Source: Tubiluchus corallicola | Taxonomy: Eukaryota; Animalia; Priapulida | Length of the DNA: 64,000 nucleotides | NCBI GenBank assembly: GCA_030141605.1 | Contig: JAQGDQ010000462.1 | Span: forward strand, 62,001-126,000 | Direction of reading: 5' to 3' | In this document: positions 42,501 to 55,547 of the stretch, one piece after another | Numbering within the stretch: position 1 is the stretch's first letter | Layout of the letters: each line of letters begins with the position of its first letter | Translations under genes and position numbers: made by a program | Notes under the pieces: generated by a model | Database searches by the model: none | What the model was told of the DNA's origin: nothing | Seen by the model: only the letters and a program-made list of their open reading frames with translations

Positions 42501-45500
42501 GGAAGTTGGAACTTTGTCCCCATATTCCTTTAATATTTCTTGTAATTCAGATTTTGTAAAACTAGACAATTCTTCCAATGTATATTGTTTGATTTTCCCT
42601 GACATATTCATACTTGTACCATAGATTCAATATTTCAAATTGAAAAGAAAATTGCAAAAATTTTTGTAATTTTTTTCCCACCTTGTACAAGTTTAAATTT
42701 ATGTAAGTAAATTTTCGAGCCACCCTGTACAACGATAATTAAAGTCGTACATTTGTTTATATATCGAGTTTGTGGACCACCCCGTACAAATCTATTACTG
42801 ATAAAATGTGATCACCCTGTAAAGTTTGCTAGCAGGCAAATGTGGGCCACCCTGTATAAATTTATTATATTTAAAATGTGACCACCCTGTAAACGTTTTA
42901 GCAGGTGAAGCAACTGTACTAGTTTACACTTGATTTGTGTTCAGGGTAATTTGCTTTAAGCAGCTGTGTAAAGCTCTACATAAACCAAAACATTTTTAAC
43001 CATTATTGCACAGGGTTATCAGTCTACACAAGAGCTCCGTTATTTCTCAGCAAAGTCTAAAGTCAAGGTTAACGGCTGTGAAATTATTCTGAGAATAAGT
43101 ATTCTATCCTACAACGCATAGCGTATAACGTACAACGCTGTTGAATAAAAAGCTTCAGTCTGTAGGAAAAAAATTTCCACTCTTGAGTTTAAACTGTATG
43201 CATACAGGTATTGGCAACTACCAGAAAATCAAAGCTAATATTAACGTGAAAACACCCCTATAAAAATATTACAGCTCAAACTAGCTGTTGAATTACTGTG
43301 TGCTCTCCATGTCTACGAAAATAGGTCAAGACAGGTAGAAGTCTGCTTACGAACGGCCAACAAAATTTAAATAAATTGGCTTCTTTACACCAAACAGAAA
43401 GTATCACGTTAAGGGAAATAATTATCTGACGAACAAATTAGCAACATGAAGTGTTTACACTAAACACTTAAAAAAACTAGTGAGCAGATTTCTCCTAAAA
43501 CGCTGCCACCATTGTAACGTGCCGAGGGTTATTTGGTTTAAAACAAAATAACTACTGCCACTATTGTAACGTTTTGTAACCTATAACGCTATTATATCCT
43601 AATTTTTATATAACGATCAGGAAAATATACTACATGTATTTTCACGGGTTCGTCTGCTGTTTTTTAAGGCTGTTTAGCTAAAAACAAAACAAGATGAAAC
43701 ATAAATTTTAAAGCTATAATTATTACAAAAGAAGAGTACAACAACAAGTCAACAATAAGAGCTCAAAAATTACTATTAGTGGCTTGCTGTGAAAACCCCC
43801 AAGGAAAAATGAGGATAGGAAAATGAATGCGCATAACTTATCTGAATGTTCATGGCGATGTTGTGCACAACTTGACGATCCTCCCACAATGACAACGCTG
43901 ACGCCGGCAACATGACAATCCTCCATGAGCCATAACAATGCTGATGACGACAGCTAATCAACAGCTTCCAGCAACCATCTTGTAGTCTACAACACCAACG
44001 TACCAACAGCTGACTGGAATGGAATAACATCACACCTCTGTGGCTTGACCAGCTCTTCAAACCATGCAACAGCAACGAGACTGAGAAAGACAGGCTATAC
44101 AACAGGAACACTGTCCTTTTGGCCAAAACAACACTTAGCTCAGCTCTCCATGGTAAAGAAGTTACATCACAGATTGTGTACCAGCCTTTCCAGACGAATA
44201 CGTAAACTACAGGTATCCTGGAACATGCCCACTGGTCAGACCAACAATGAACGTCTGTACCAGTAAAAAGTATCAACTCAACTGTCCAGAACAGGTATTC
44301 CTTTTTCTGCATAAGCAAACGAAGTACTCCAACAGGTAAGTACAAACCATTTTAACTGACAGGGGTGAGGAGATGATGAAATGAAAGAACACATACAGCA
44401 ATGCAAGCCAAGCAAGCCATTTACTATCAAAATTAACAACATGCACCTCACAAATGTGCTGTTTTAAAAATGAACTAAGTATAAAAGGAAACCTCAATAT
44501 TGTCGTGGCATATTCCTGTGGTAATGTTTGCACACACAAATGGTGGGAGTACATTTATTTAAATATATATAATTTAGTCGTATTTCAGAATCACAAATGC
44601 AATAATAACAAATAATTGTAGAATTTTCCACCTAAGCTAGTCAGTTAATTAATTAACACAGCATTTAGGAAACACACAATGTCATTATTTGAGAAAACTG
44701 GTATCGCATTTTCGCTTTGACTTGAACAAAATGGTTCTCTCGTTGGCGTGGTTTTGTTTGTAGTGTTATTATAAACATGTTGTGTTTTTTTTCTCTCGGA
44801 AGACTCGTAGAGAAAACCAGATGTGACGATGTAGTCTAAGTTCCGTTATTGTAAATATGTGGTTTGTGACTTAAGTGTAACCCTTAGGTAAAGAATAAAA
44901 CACTTAGTCGAAAACACTGAGAAGAAACCACTGAATTAATAAAATAATATAACAATTTAATGAATGTTTCAAAACACATTACGAGACAACTGTTAATAAT
45001 AAAGACTAAGCCGGCTAAGAAGAGAAAGAACAACGTAATGTTTTTCACCAGTGCAGTCTTTGCATCATCAAGCGACCATTCTCCCGCTAACCTTCCGCGC
45101 CATCTCACCACCAGGGGCCCGATCGAGGGATGGTGCACCACAGAACGGCCGACCACACCACCTCTTGATGGATCTGACCACGTGGACGACGATGTCTCCA
45201 AACCCCGACGACTCCCTATGCACACGCCTCCACTTACACGATGCCAAAACAGGGTTGCATCCAAGCTCCCGCACTCGCCGCAAGGCAAGGACCACCAATT
45301 CCGCAATCACAGCATGGAAGCACCAACGACAGTATCATCAAAATCAGGTAAATACTGGTAAGTGTCATCAGCAGCAGATATCATCGACAACTGGTAAGTG
45401 ATGTGTCATCAGCGTCAGGAAAATATAATCAGCAACAGGTAAGTATCATCGCTAGAATGCAACTATCGTCTCTGACGTAACCAGGTAGACAGATCGCTTT

Positions 45501-48500
45501 CTACAAGCAAGCACTATTACTACTAAACCATCATTTTATGACATGTGAACGTCCGCTTAACTCGCCAACTTAAAGCGGAATCCCAGGGCGAACTGAACAG
45601 CCAAAATTTCGTCTACGTGACTTCAATCACATGATATAGTAGTAATGCATAAACAGTATCACTGAATGTACAGGTGAAATCTGATTTCAGAACAGGTTGG
45701 CTTCTGTCGTTATAGCGTTAAACATCTTAACTAAACTTCTTTTATAAATGGTAGAATTATAACAGTAGGAACTAGTTACATAACCTGGCCTAAAATAAGC
45801 CTGAGCGTCACACCAGAAAACGCTTCGTCAAATCAAACTAGTTTATTAAGCGAGAATTCTACAACACAAAAGTATGAAGTAACACAAAAAGATTACTCTA
45901 AACGTGAAAATCTGGAGAATGTTTGTGTGCATCTAAAAATTTAAGTATAGAAGAGAATGTGTAAGTGGCATACGTATGAATCTGTGTGTCTCACTCAGCG
46001 GCCTGGTTCGCCTTATATAGGGTGCCCTAGATACTTCTAGAAGTTTTGTTCCAGAACATTCTACACAGTAAGACGATTATTCTAATGGAACAATCTACAA
46101 TGTTCTATTTAATTCTAATAGATGCCAGCGATCTCCACAACAGAATGCCAATAAATAATCTGTTCTCACAGAAAAGTAGTCATACTAGTGTAGTAGTACA
46201 TTCATTTAACAGCTGTAATTTTGTAAAAACACTTTTATCGTTCAATTCGTTTATACGTTTATACAACTTTGACGTTCATCAAGAGATACTACTTTTACAT
46301 ATGGGTCAATGCCAAAACTGAAATGTGTAATGCTACTGTGAGATTAAATGGAATGCCTGAAACACGACGTAGAGCTTTCCTAACTTCTTCAGCTAAATTG
46401 TTAATACTTTTATCATATAAAATATAAATAGTGGTGAAATAGAGAATTATCGTTCCAGTCTTAATTTTAACGTTTATAAATGGCTTGCTAAAGAAGACAG
46501 GAACGGTACACATTAAAATGTTTGCAGACGATGTAAAACTTCATCAAAAAATAGAAGTTAGCACCTTGGTGACCCCAATAACATTCAGCCAGCATTAAGC
46601 AATTTACTTAAATGGGCCCAGCGTGGCAGTTTAATATTTCTTTTCTAAAATGTGTTATTCTCCATATTGGTAAATGCAACAGTCATTATCTCGATGGTAA
46701 CATAATTCCATTCATGTAACAACGAGGCACTCCTCGGAGCTATGAAGTTTATGCTAGGCCAATTTTAGAGTACTGTTCACCTGCATGGAATCCGTGTCAA
46801 TGCGGTGACATTGACATATATGAAAAGATTCAGCAGTATTTCACCCCTAGACTTTTTACATATGCAATATAAATCATGTCAACTCTCTACAATGACTAAA
46901 TATTTTAGGACTAAAGGCTCCGGAGCAGATGTAGTCATGTAATACAAAATTGTTCGTATGAGAGCAATATCTAGATTTTGACAATTTTTTAACAAGGCAA
47001 TTTTCAATAAAACGAAATGTAACCATTCGCTCGGGCCCACAGCTTGATCTTTGTGATCATGACCTAAACGACCCTAAATCTATTCTCATGGGCAAATAAG
47101 GATAAAACGCAGGAACTTATTATCACGACATGCAATGCTTCTAAGCACACGTAAGATACGTCACATAGTTTTCAAGCTGTTGTCAGACTATTGATACAAA
47201 CACTTACTTGTCTCACAATTAAGTCCATTATATCCAGCGGTGCAATTGCAAACATACGTATTAATTCCGTCTTCGCATGTTCCATTATTCTGACATGGAG
47301 TTGATTCACATTCGTTAATATCTGGAAAATGAAAAGTAGAAAAACGCAAATCAGCATATTTGTTTCTGACTAAACCGCAAGTGACTTATGGGCAGGGGAC
47401 ATTTGGACACGGGACATTTGGCATTTAGGGTTGGCACACTTGGGCAAGAGATACTAAGACACTGGACAATTGGGTGTGAAACATTGGGGAACCAATATAA
47501 TTGAATGTCGCAGGATCACAATTTCTCTACATTTTTGCTTTTTAAATTATTAATGATACACTATTTTCCTGACTCTCATAGCATAAAAGGACACCTCAAT
47601 ATTGTGGTGGCATATTCCTGTGGGAATGTTTGCACACCATATGGTGGGAGTACAATTATTTAAATGTATATAATCACAAATACAATAATAACAAATAATT
47701 GTAGAATTTTCCATCTAAGCTAGTCAGTTAATTAATTATTTTGGAAACACACAATGTCATTATTTGAGAAAACTGGTATTGCATATTCGTTTTGACTTGA
47801 ACAAAATAGTTCTCTATTAGTGTGGTTTTGTTTGTAGTGTTATTATGAATATGTTGTGTTTTGTTTCTCTCGGAAGACTCGTAGAGAAAATCAGAAAACA
47901 CTTCGTCAAATTAAACTAGTATTTATTTATTTATTTATTATTATTTATTATTATTATCACATTCAGTACAATATAAAGCACACAGTGACATCAAAATTAT
48001 TACATCTATTATATTAAATTGTTATGTTTCATACACTGTTGTTATCATAAAAGAATAATTGTATTGCAGTGGGCTAGAGAAGCAAAGGCTTGTATAATCC
48101 CACTGTCATGTGAACCTGATAAAAAAATGGATGAGTGAACAAAAAAAAAGAACTGGGAGAAAGGTTAGATCACACAGGAAGGATAGAAGGATGTGTTAGT
48201 GGAACTGGTAGGAAGAAAGATAATAGATTGCGCTTTGTTGACATCAGCTCTAAAGATTTATCAATGACGCCTTGTTTTGCATAATCTGTACCAGGATTGT
48301 GGTATGACTGCTGCAGTAGGTGTAGGAAATTAGGAAGTGTTGTACTTGTTGAGAACCATTGCTCTGTATTTCTTTTTAAATTTTTGAATTGGCTGAACAG
48401 TTTTTAATTCATCATTTATGTCATTCCAAAGCCTTGGACCAACATTTGTAATGAATTGCCATGCCACGTCTGTTCTACAGAAATTTACGACAAACTTATT

Positions 48501-51500
48501 CATTCAGGTTGCGTACCGCCGATTATTTGGTTGGACTGGATTATCAAAGAACGTTGGAAAGAGATTATATTTAGTTTTATACATGTATGTGGCTGTATTC
48601 ATGTGTATTAAATCGTCAACAGTTAAAATTTTATTTGTTTTAAAACATGTTATGGACTATCAGAAACAGATTTAGACTATCTAAAGAATATTTTATGTCA
48701 TTTATATATATTAAAAATAGCAGTGGACCTAAGGTTGAGCCTTGTAGTACCCCATGGGTTATAGAAGCTTCATTTGAAATTACCTTATTATGTCGAACCA
48801 CTTGTGTTCTCCCATGAAGATAGCTAGATATCCATGCGTTTGCTACCCCTCTAAGACTGTAATGATGTAGTTTTGCAAGAAGTATTTTATGATTAACTGT
48901 GTCAAATGCCTTAGAGAGGTCACAAAATATCCCTACTGCTACTTTATTTTGTTCAATGCATTTAGTTATACTCTCTACAATGTTTATCAAAGCCAATTCG
49001 GTTGAACTGTTTTTCCGAAAACCAAACTGCTTATTGTTTATTATGTTTTGATGATCCAAATACGATAATATTTTATTGTAAACAACTTTTTCCAAAATTT
49101 TTGAGAAAAACGGTAACAGCGAGATAGGTCTATAATTATTTACGTCCAGAGAATCCTTGGATTTGAAGATTGGGATAATAATTGATTGTTTTAATTTAGA
49201 AGGAACAGTGCTGTTTTAAGTGAATTATTAATTATGTGTGTCAAAGGGGTAATGATACTTTCAATTACATCTACAGTAACTTTGGGGCGCAAATTATCCC
49301 TGCCAGCTCCTTTATTTCGATCAAATGACTTGCAATTACTTACAATACCAGATTCCATGACTGGTGTAAAGAAAAAAGTAGAAGGATAATTTCCTCTTAA
49401 ATAAGTTTCATAGTTGATATTAACATTTTCTATATCATCAGCTAATTTTTGTCCTATCTGCGAAAAATGGTCATTAAAATGATTTACTATAGATTGAGGG
49501 TCTGTGATTAATTTATTATTAACTTTTAAACGAATTAAGGACTGTTCGCACCTGGAATGCCATAATTCTTTCATAATTCTCCATGTTTTCTATAAATTGG
49601 CTTATCATTATTTAATTTATTGCGATATTGTTTATAGTCAGTCCCAGCTGCGTCTGAGGTTTATTTGTTTAATGAATTATACATTTTAATTTTGCGCCTG
49701 ATACTGGTTAATATGGCTGGAGTTATCCAAAGATTTTTAATGACATTAGTTTTTTTTGGAAGCATCAGTAGTTTCTATATTTTTAAAGTTGACTTCGTTA
49801 AATTTATCCAGAAATAGATTGTAAGCTGCTTCAGGATCTGGAATACTATACAATTCCTTCCAGTTGACTGCTTCTACATCACTTATTAATTTATTTTTTA
49901 CATGATTATTGTATATTACTTTGTCGATATTATTAGTTTGAGAAATTGCTATGTTTAAGTCAATGATTAAGAAGATTGGTATGTGATCGGTGACATCTAC
50001 TAAAAGAATGCCAGCTCTATACTGATGCTGTGTAACATTTGTCAGAATATTATCAATTAATGTAGAGCTGTATGCTGTGATTCGAGTAGGACAAGCAATA
50101 ACTGGAAAGACATAGTAATAATATTTTCAAGAAACTCTGCCGTGTCTTGATTTGAAGAGTGATTTAAAGTTCAAATTGTAGTCCCCTAACAAAAATAACT
50201 GCTTATTTTGTTTATTTATTATTGATAGTTTAGTAGTTAACTGTTCAATAAGTGTTTGTGGGTTAATACTTTTATCATATAAAATATAAATAGTGGTGAA
50301 ATAGAGAATTATCGTTCCAGTCTTAATTTTAACGTTTATAAATGGCTTGCTAAAGAAGACAGGAACGGTCCACATTAAAATGTTTGCAGACGATGTAAAA
50401 TTTTATCAAAAAATAGAAGTTAGCACCTTGGTGACTCCGATAACATTCAGCCAGCATTAATCAATTTACTTTAATGGGCCAAGCGTGGCAGCATAATATT
50501 TCTTTTCTAAAATGTGATATTCTCCATATTGGTAAATGCAACAGTCATTATCTCGATGGTAACATAATTCCATTCATGTAACAACGAGGCACTCCTCGGA
50601 GCTATGAAGTTTATGCTAGGCCAATTTTAGAGTACTGTTCACCTGCATGGAATCCGTGTCAATGCGGTGACATTGACATATATGAAAAGATTCAGCAGTA
50701 TTTCACCCCTAAACTTTTTACACATGCAATATAAATCATGTCAACTCTCTACAATGACTAACTATTTTAGGACTTAAGTCTCTTGAGCAGATGTAGTCAT
50801 GTATTACAAAATTGTTTGTATGAGAGCAATATCTAGATTTTGACAATTTTTTAACAAGGCAATTGTCAACAAAACGAAATGTAACCATTCGCTCTGGCAC
50901 ACAGCTTGATCTTTGTGATCATGACCTAAATGACCCTAAATCTAATCTCATGGGCAAATAAGGATAAAACGCAAGAACTTATTATCATGCAATGCTTCCA
51001 AGCACACATAAGATACGTCACACAGTTTTCAAGCTGTTGTCAGACTATTGATACAAACACTTACTTGTCTCGCAATTAAGTCCAGTATATCCAGCGGTAC
51101 AATTGCAAACATACTTATTAATTCCGTCTTCGCATGTTCCATTATTCTGACATGTAGTTGATTCACATTCGTTAATATCTGGAAAATGAAAAATAGAAAA
51201 CGCAAATCAGCCTAGCTGGTTCTGTGGTTCTGACTAAGCCGCAAGTGACTTATGGGCAGGGGACATTTGGACATAAATGAAAGGTCTTGATGAGTAGAAT
51301 GGAATAGAAAAGAGTTATACCCAGATTGGCTGCCCTTGATCTCACTAGAGGGCAGATAAATGCTTGAAGTGTCAAACAGCAACAGCCTGTAGGAAGTAAA
51401 ATGAAAGGTTTCAATGGGATTAATTGACTGGTGTGTGAGTCACGTCCACGTTGGTTGATTTTGGCCCAAGAGGACACAGGTTAAAATGACAAGTTCCCAT

Positions 51501-53073
51501 TTTAAGGCAGTATCATGTACTAAATCAAATATCAGGTCCGAATTAAATAGTATAGCCTAAGCCTAAATTGCTCAACAACTGACCACACTAGTGGGAAATT
51601 AAATTGAAATTTCGGTTTATGAACCATAAAAGCGGAGGGAGAAAAATACAATCTAAATTTAAATAATATTTTGGAGTTTCGTAATATCAACACTTTAACC
51701 TGTAGAAATTTTTTTAGCGATATTTTTAATTTATTTATGTAAGTTACGATTGAGTTAGCCAAAATTTTATCACTAAATTGTTTACCTGGTTATTAATACC
51801 ATTTTGGATGTTCTTATGCTAGTTTGCACTATACTTTAGCAAAATTTGTAAACTAATATTTGTGTCGTTTGTAACATTGCGTAACACATATCATTATTGT
51901 AATTGTACTACGTCAAATGATAGACCTCGATGAGGGAATTTGAATGGTGTATTTGACTAGTATTTGATTGACACTTGACCCACGAGTCACGAACAAAAAG
52001 TGACAAGCTTAGGTTTTCACTAAAATTTTCAATGTCAAGCATGACCATACATACATACAGAGTGTTAATTATTTAATAAATAACTTTGTTCGTAAATACA
52101 AAGCAAACGCTGTCACACAAAGCAATTTCTGTCACAGAAGCAGAGTCTTACCTCAGTTTTTGACAGACACAGTGGCACTAATTATTATCATCGCTTTACC
52201 AATCTTTTCCTGCATTCGATGATTTTCGAATCCAATAACGTCATTGCTATGTTAAAATTTATTTTGAACTCTTGCAATACAAACCTTCATCACAACTTTC
52301 TCCCGTGTAACCAGGTGTGCAGTTGCAGTAAACAGGCCAATCCGAGTCTCCATCATATTTACAACTTCCATGAATGCATGAATAGTCAATTGGACACTTT
52401 ACAATCTCTGCAGAAAAACAAACACCTTGAACAAACAACTTAGTCATTCGGAAAAATATGCAGGTTTGTCAAATTGCTAACACTGCGACACGTAAAACTG
52501 TTTTATGTCAGATCATATTGACATCCGTAATGACAACAAGAATTATTGGACGTTATTTATTTACTTAATCATTGTATGAAAGTCTTCTAGACGTTAATTA
52601 TGTACGTTCATGCTGAAGAATATATTAAATCACTTAAAAAATGTAGAGCAAACTGGGAAGTTCAGACACTATAATGGAGAAAATCGAGCGGCCACTGGGG
52701 AATTATCAAAAGGATAATGAGGGTTTACCTCAAAGCTATCCACTAAAGATGAAACTTTAGGTGTTTAAAATAGGAGAATAACGTTTTTTAGTGTTTTTGC
52801 ATCCGTAAGATGTGCAAATGTCAAGCAATGAGGCGTGACTAAGAAAGACACATCTCTGGGCTTAGGCCAAAGATGTTTAAGCTACCAGATATTATATTGG
52901 GAATGACAGTGGCAACGATTAGTAGTAAGCATGAAAATTAAATTGGAATAATCTGCATTATTTAATACGAAATCCAAAAGTATATTCTTGAAAGTGTGAA
53001 ATGTTTGGAGGTTGTTAAGTGTGTTTGTGAAGCAGATGTTTTTATATCAGTGGCAGCAGCAAGAACAACAACG

Positions 53074-53110
<37 letters not shown>

Positions 53111-53737
53111 CTGATTCGGGAATTACCCAATGATGAAAAACGCCCAGATTTCGGGGGGTTCCTTTGGCATCATACAAAAATTTCAATATTTTTTCCTTTT
53201 ATAAAAAGTATTGTTTTATTTTATTCGTTATTTGGCCTTTGCTCGAAAAAATGCATTTAGCAGAAACCGACGGCCCCTTGTTCGTACGCATGTGCTACCA
53301 AAACGCTTGCCTGTTTAAAACCACTTACTAGTTTATAGTTAGAAACAGTACAACTTTGTATAAAAACTTTTATGCTAAAAGCTAAAATCATGTATTAATG
53401 TGTTACTAACTGTTGCTAAATGCGATACCATTGTTAATGAATCGTTCATTTGACTATTAGTGTGTTTTGCGATTGCCTAGTTACACTTGTCTCGCTGCTC
53501 TGCATTGGCACATTACACCGTACAGTTATTTGCACAAGGGCGTTTAAAAAATTGTAAAAATTCAAGTTGCGCACCAATTGATTGAAAAACAAATATGTTC
53601 TCACGTTTAACGATGCCCACCATTGTACGTGATTCTAGCATGCCAGATTACTCCAGAGCCAAGGAAAGTGGTGACAGATAAACAGATAATAGGAACACAC
53701 TTGCACACACGCATGCAGAGCACAGACGCACAAGCAC

Positions 53738-53774
<37 letters not shown>

Positions 53775-54296
53775 AACACACACACATAAACACGCACATG
53801 CACGCACGCACACACGCAGAGCTCACATGCACACACACACACACAAACACACACGCACAAACACACACACATAAACACACACATGCACGCACGCACACAC
53901 GCAGAGCTCACTGCACACACACATGCACAAACACACACACGCACACACAAACACACACACACACATGCACGCACGCACACACGCTCACTCACACACACAA
54001 TCACACACACACACACGCACGCATGCACGCACGCACACACACACATGCACACACGCATGCAGAGCACACATACACACACACACACACTAATTCACACATG
54101 CACGCACGCACACACACATGCACGCATGCACAAACACACACACACACACAAACACACACCTGCATGCGCACACACACACACACACGCACAAACACACACA
54201 CACACCTGCATGTGCACACACACGCACACGCACACTCACAAACACACGCACACACAAACACACACACACACACATGCACGCACGCACACACGCTCA

Positions 54297-54335
<39 letters not shown>

Positions 54336-55513
54336 ACACACACACACACACGCACGCATGCACGCACGCACACACACACACACATGCACACACGCATGCA
54401 GAGCACACATACACACACACACACACTAATTCACACATGCACGCACGCACACACACATGCACGCACGCACAAACACACACACACACACAAACACACACCT
54501 GCATGCGCACACACACACACACACAAACACACACCTGCATGCGCACACACACACACACACACGCACAAACACACACACACACCTGCATGTGCACACACAC
54601 GCACACGCACACTCACAAACACACACACACACAAACACACACCTGCACGCGCACACACACACACACACACACACACGGACATCTCTCCTCATGTTTTACA
54701 TCTGCAAAAGTCTTTAACATTAGCACCATACTCGTTCTTTTGTTTTTTTCCCATTTCCATACTCATTCAGTTTTTCTTAATTTGAACCATGCCCATTCAG
54801 TTATTTTTTCCAATGGGGGTCATGATGATTTAGTAGTTTTTTTCATTGAGGAAACATAATCATTCAGTTGTTTTTTTTCATTGGGGGACCAAACTCATTA
54901 ATATGTTTTTTTGCCATTGGGGAACCACACTCATTCAGTTGTTTTATCCATTGGGGGACAACACTCATTAATATGTTTTTTTGCCATTGGGGAACCACAC
55001 TCATTCAGTTGTTTTATCCATTGGGGAACCATACACATTAATATGTTTCTTTTTTGGGACCATTCTCATTCAGTTGTTTTTTCATACTCATTTAGTACAA
55101 AATGCCATAAGTATGGCATAATCTAGGACTTTCTAGGAGAATGAAGAATTTGATTTTACTGTGTTAGTTAAAGAAAAGGGTAAATAGGCACTGTGGTAAC
55201 TAAGAAGCAAAATTATTGTCAAAATGTGTAATGCTTGTGTACTGATTGCTGAAGTTTTATTTTATTAATTAAGTAATCACTTTAGTTGCTTAGTCTTTGC
55301 ACAGAAATGCCAAGGAAATTCCATCTAGAAACTGATTTTCAGAAATAGTCCATTGAGCCATTAGTCAAGTAATTAATTAATTAATGGTTAAATGGGCTAT
55401 TTCTGCCATTAGAAAAATTTCCGGGTAAAAGTAAAAATTCTTGGTATGTTCATGCATCTTTAAGGCTTGACGTCACAACATCTACTTATTATTAAGATGA
55501 ACAACCTTTAGAC

Positions 55514-55547
<34 letters not shown>

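Larger units (their letters stand above)
36220..51273. repeat. Tandem duplication array of about 2.14-kb units, each with one cbEGF exon and an old CR1 fragment
   Basis: Exon spacing 36646 to 38788 is 2142 bp; intron sequence recurs near-identically; + strand relic motifs KMFADDVKL and [13 protein letters not shown] recur in the units. Confidence 0.93.

Noticed and set aside
43723-45401. Short ORFs of 70-190 aa within the two LTRs
   Set aside because: No recognisable motifs; they fall inside LTR sequence.
52151-52246. Possible extra exon ending in a strong AG|GTAAGA donor near the EGF exon
   Set aside because: The frames I read contain stops, and it is not needed for phase continuity.
53607-54859. 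His/Thr-rich and Cys/Val-rich ORFs
   Set aside because: Translations of a (CA)n microsatellite.
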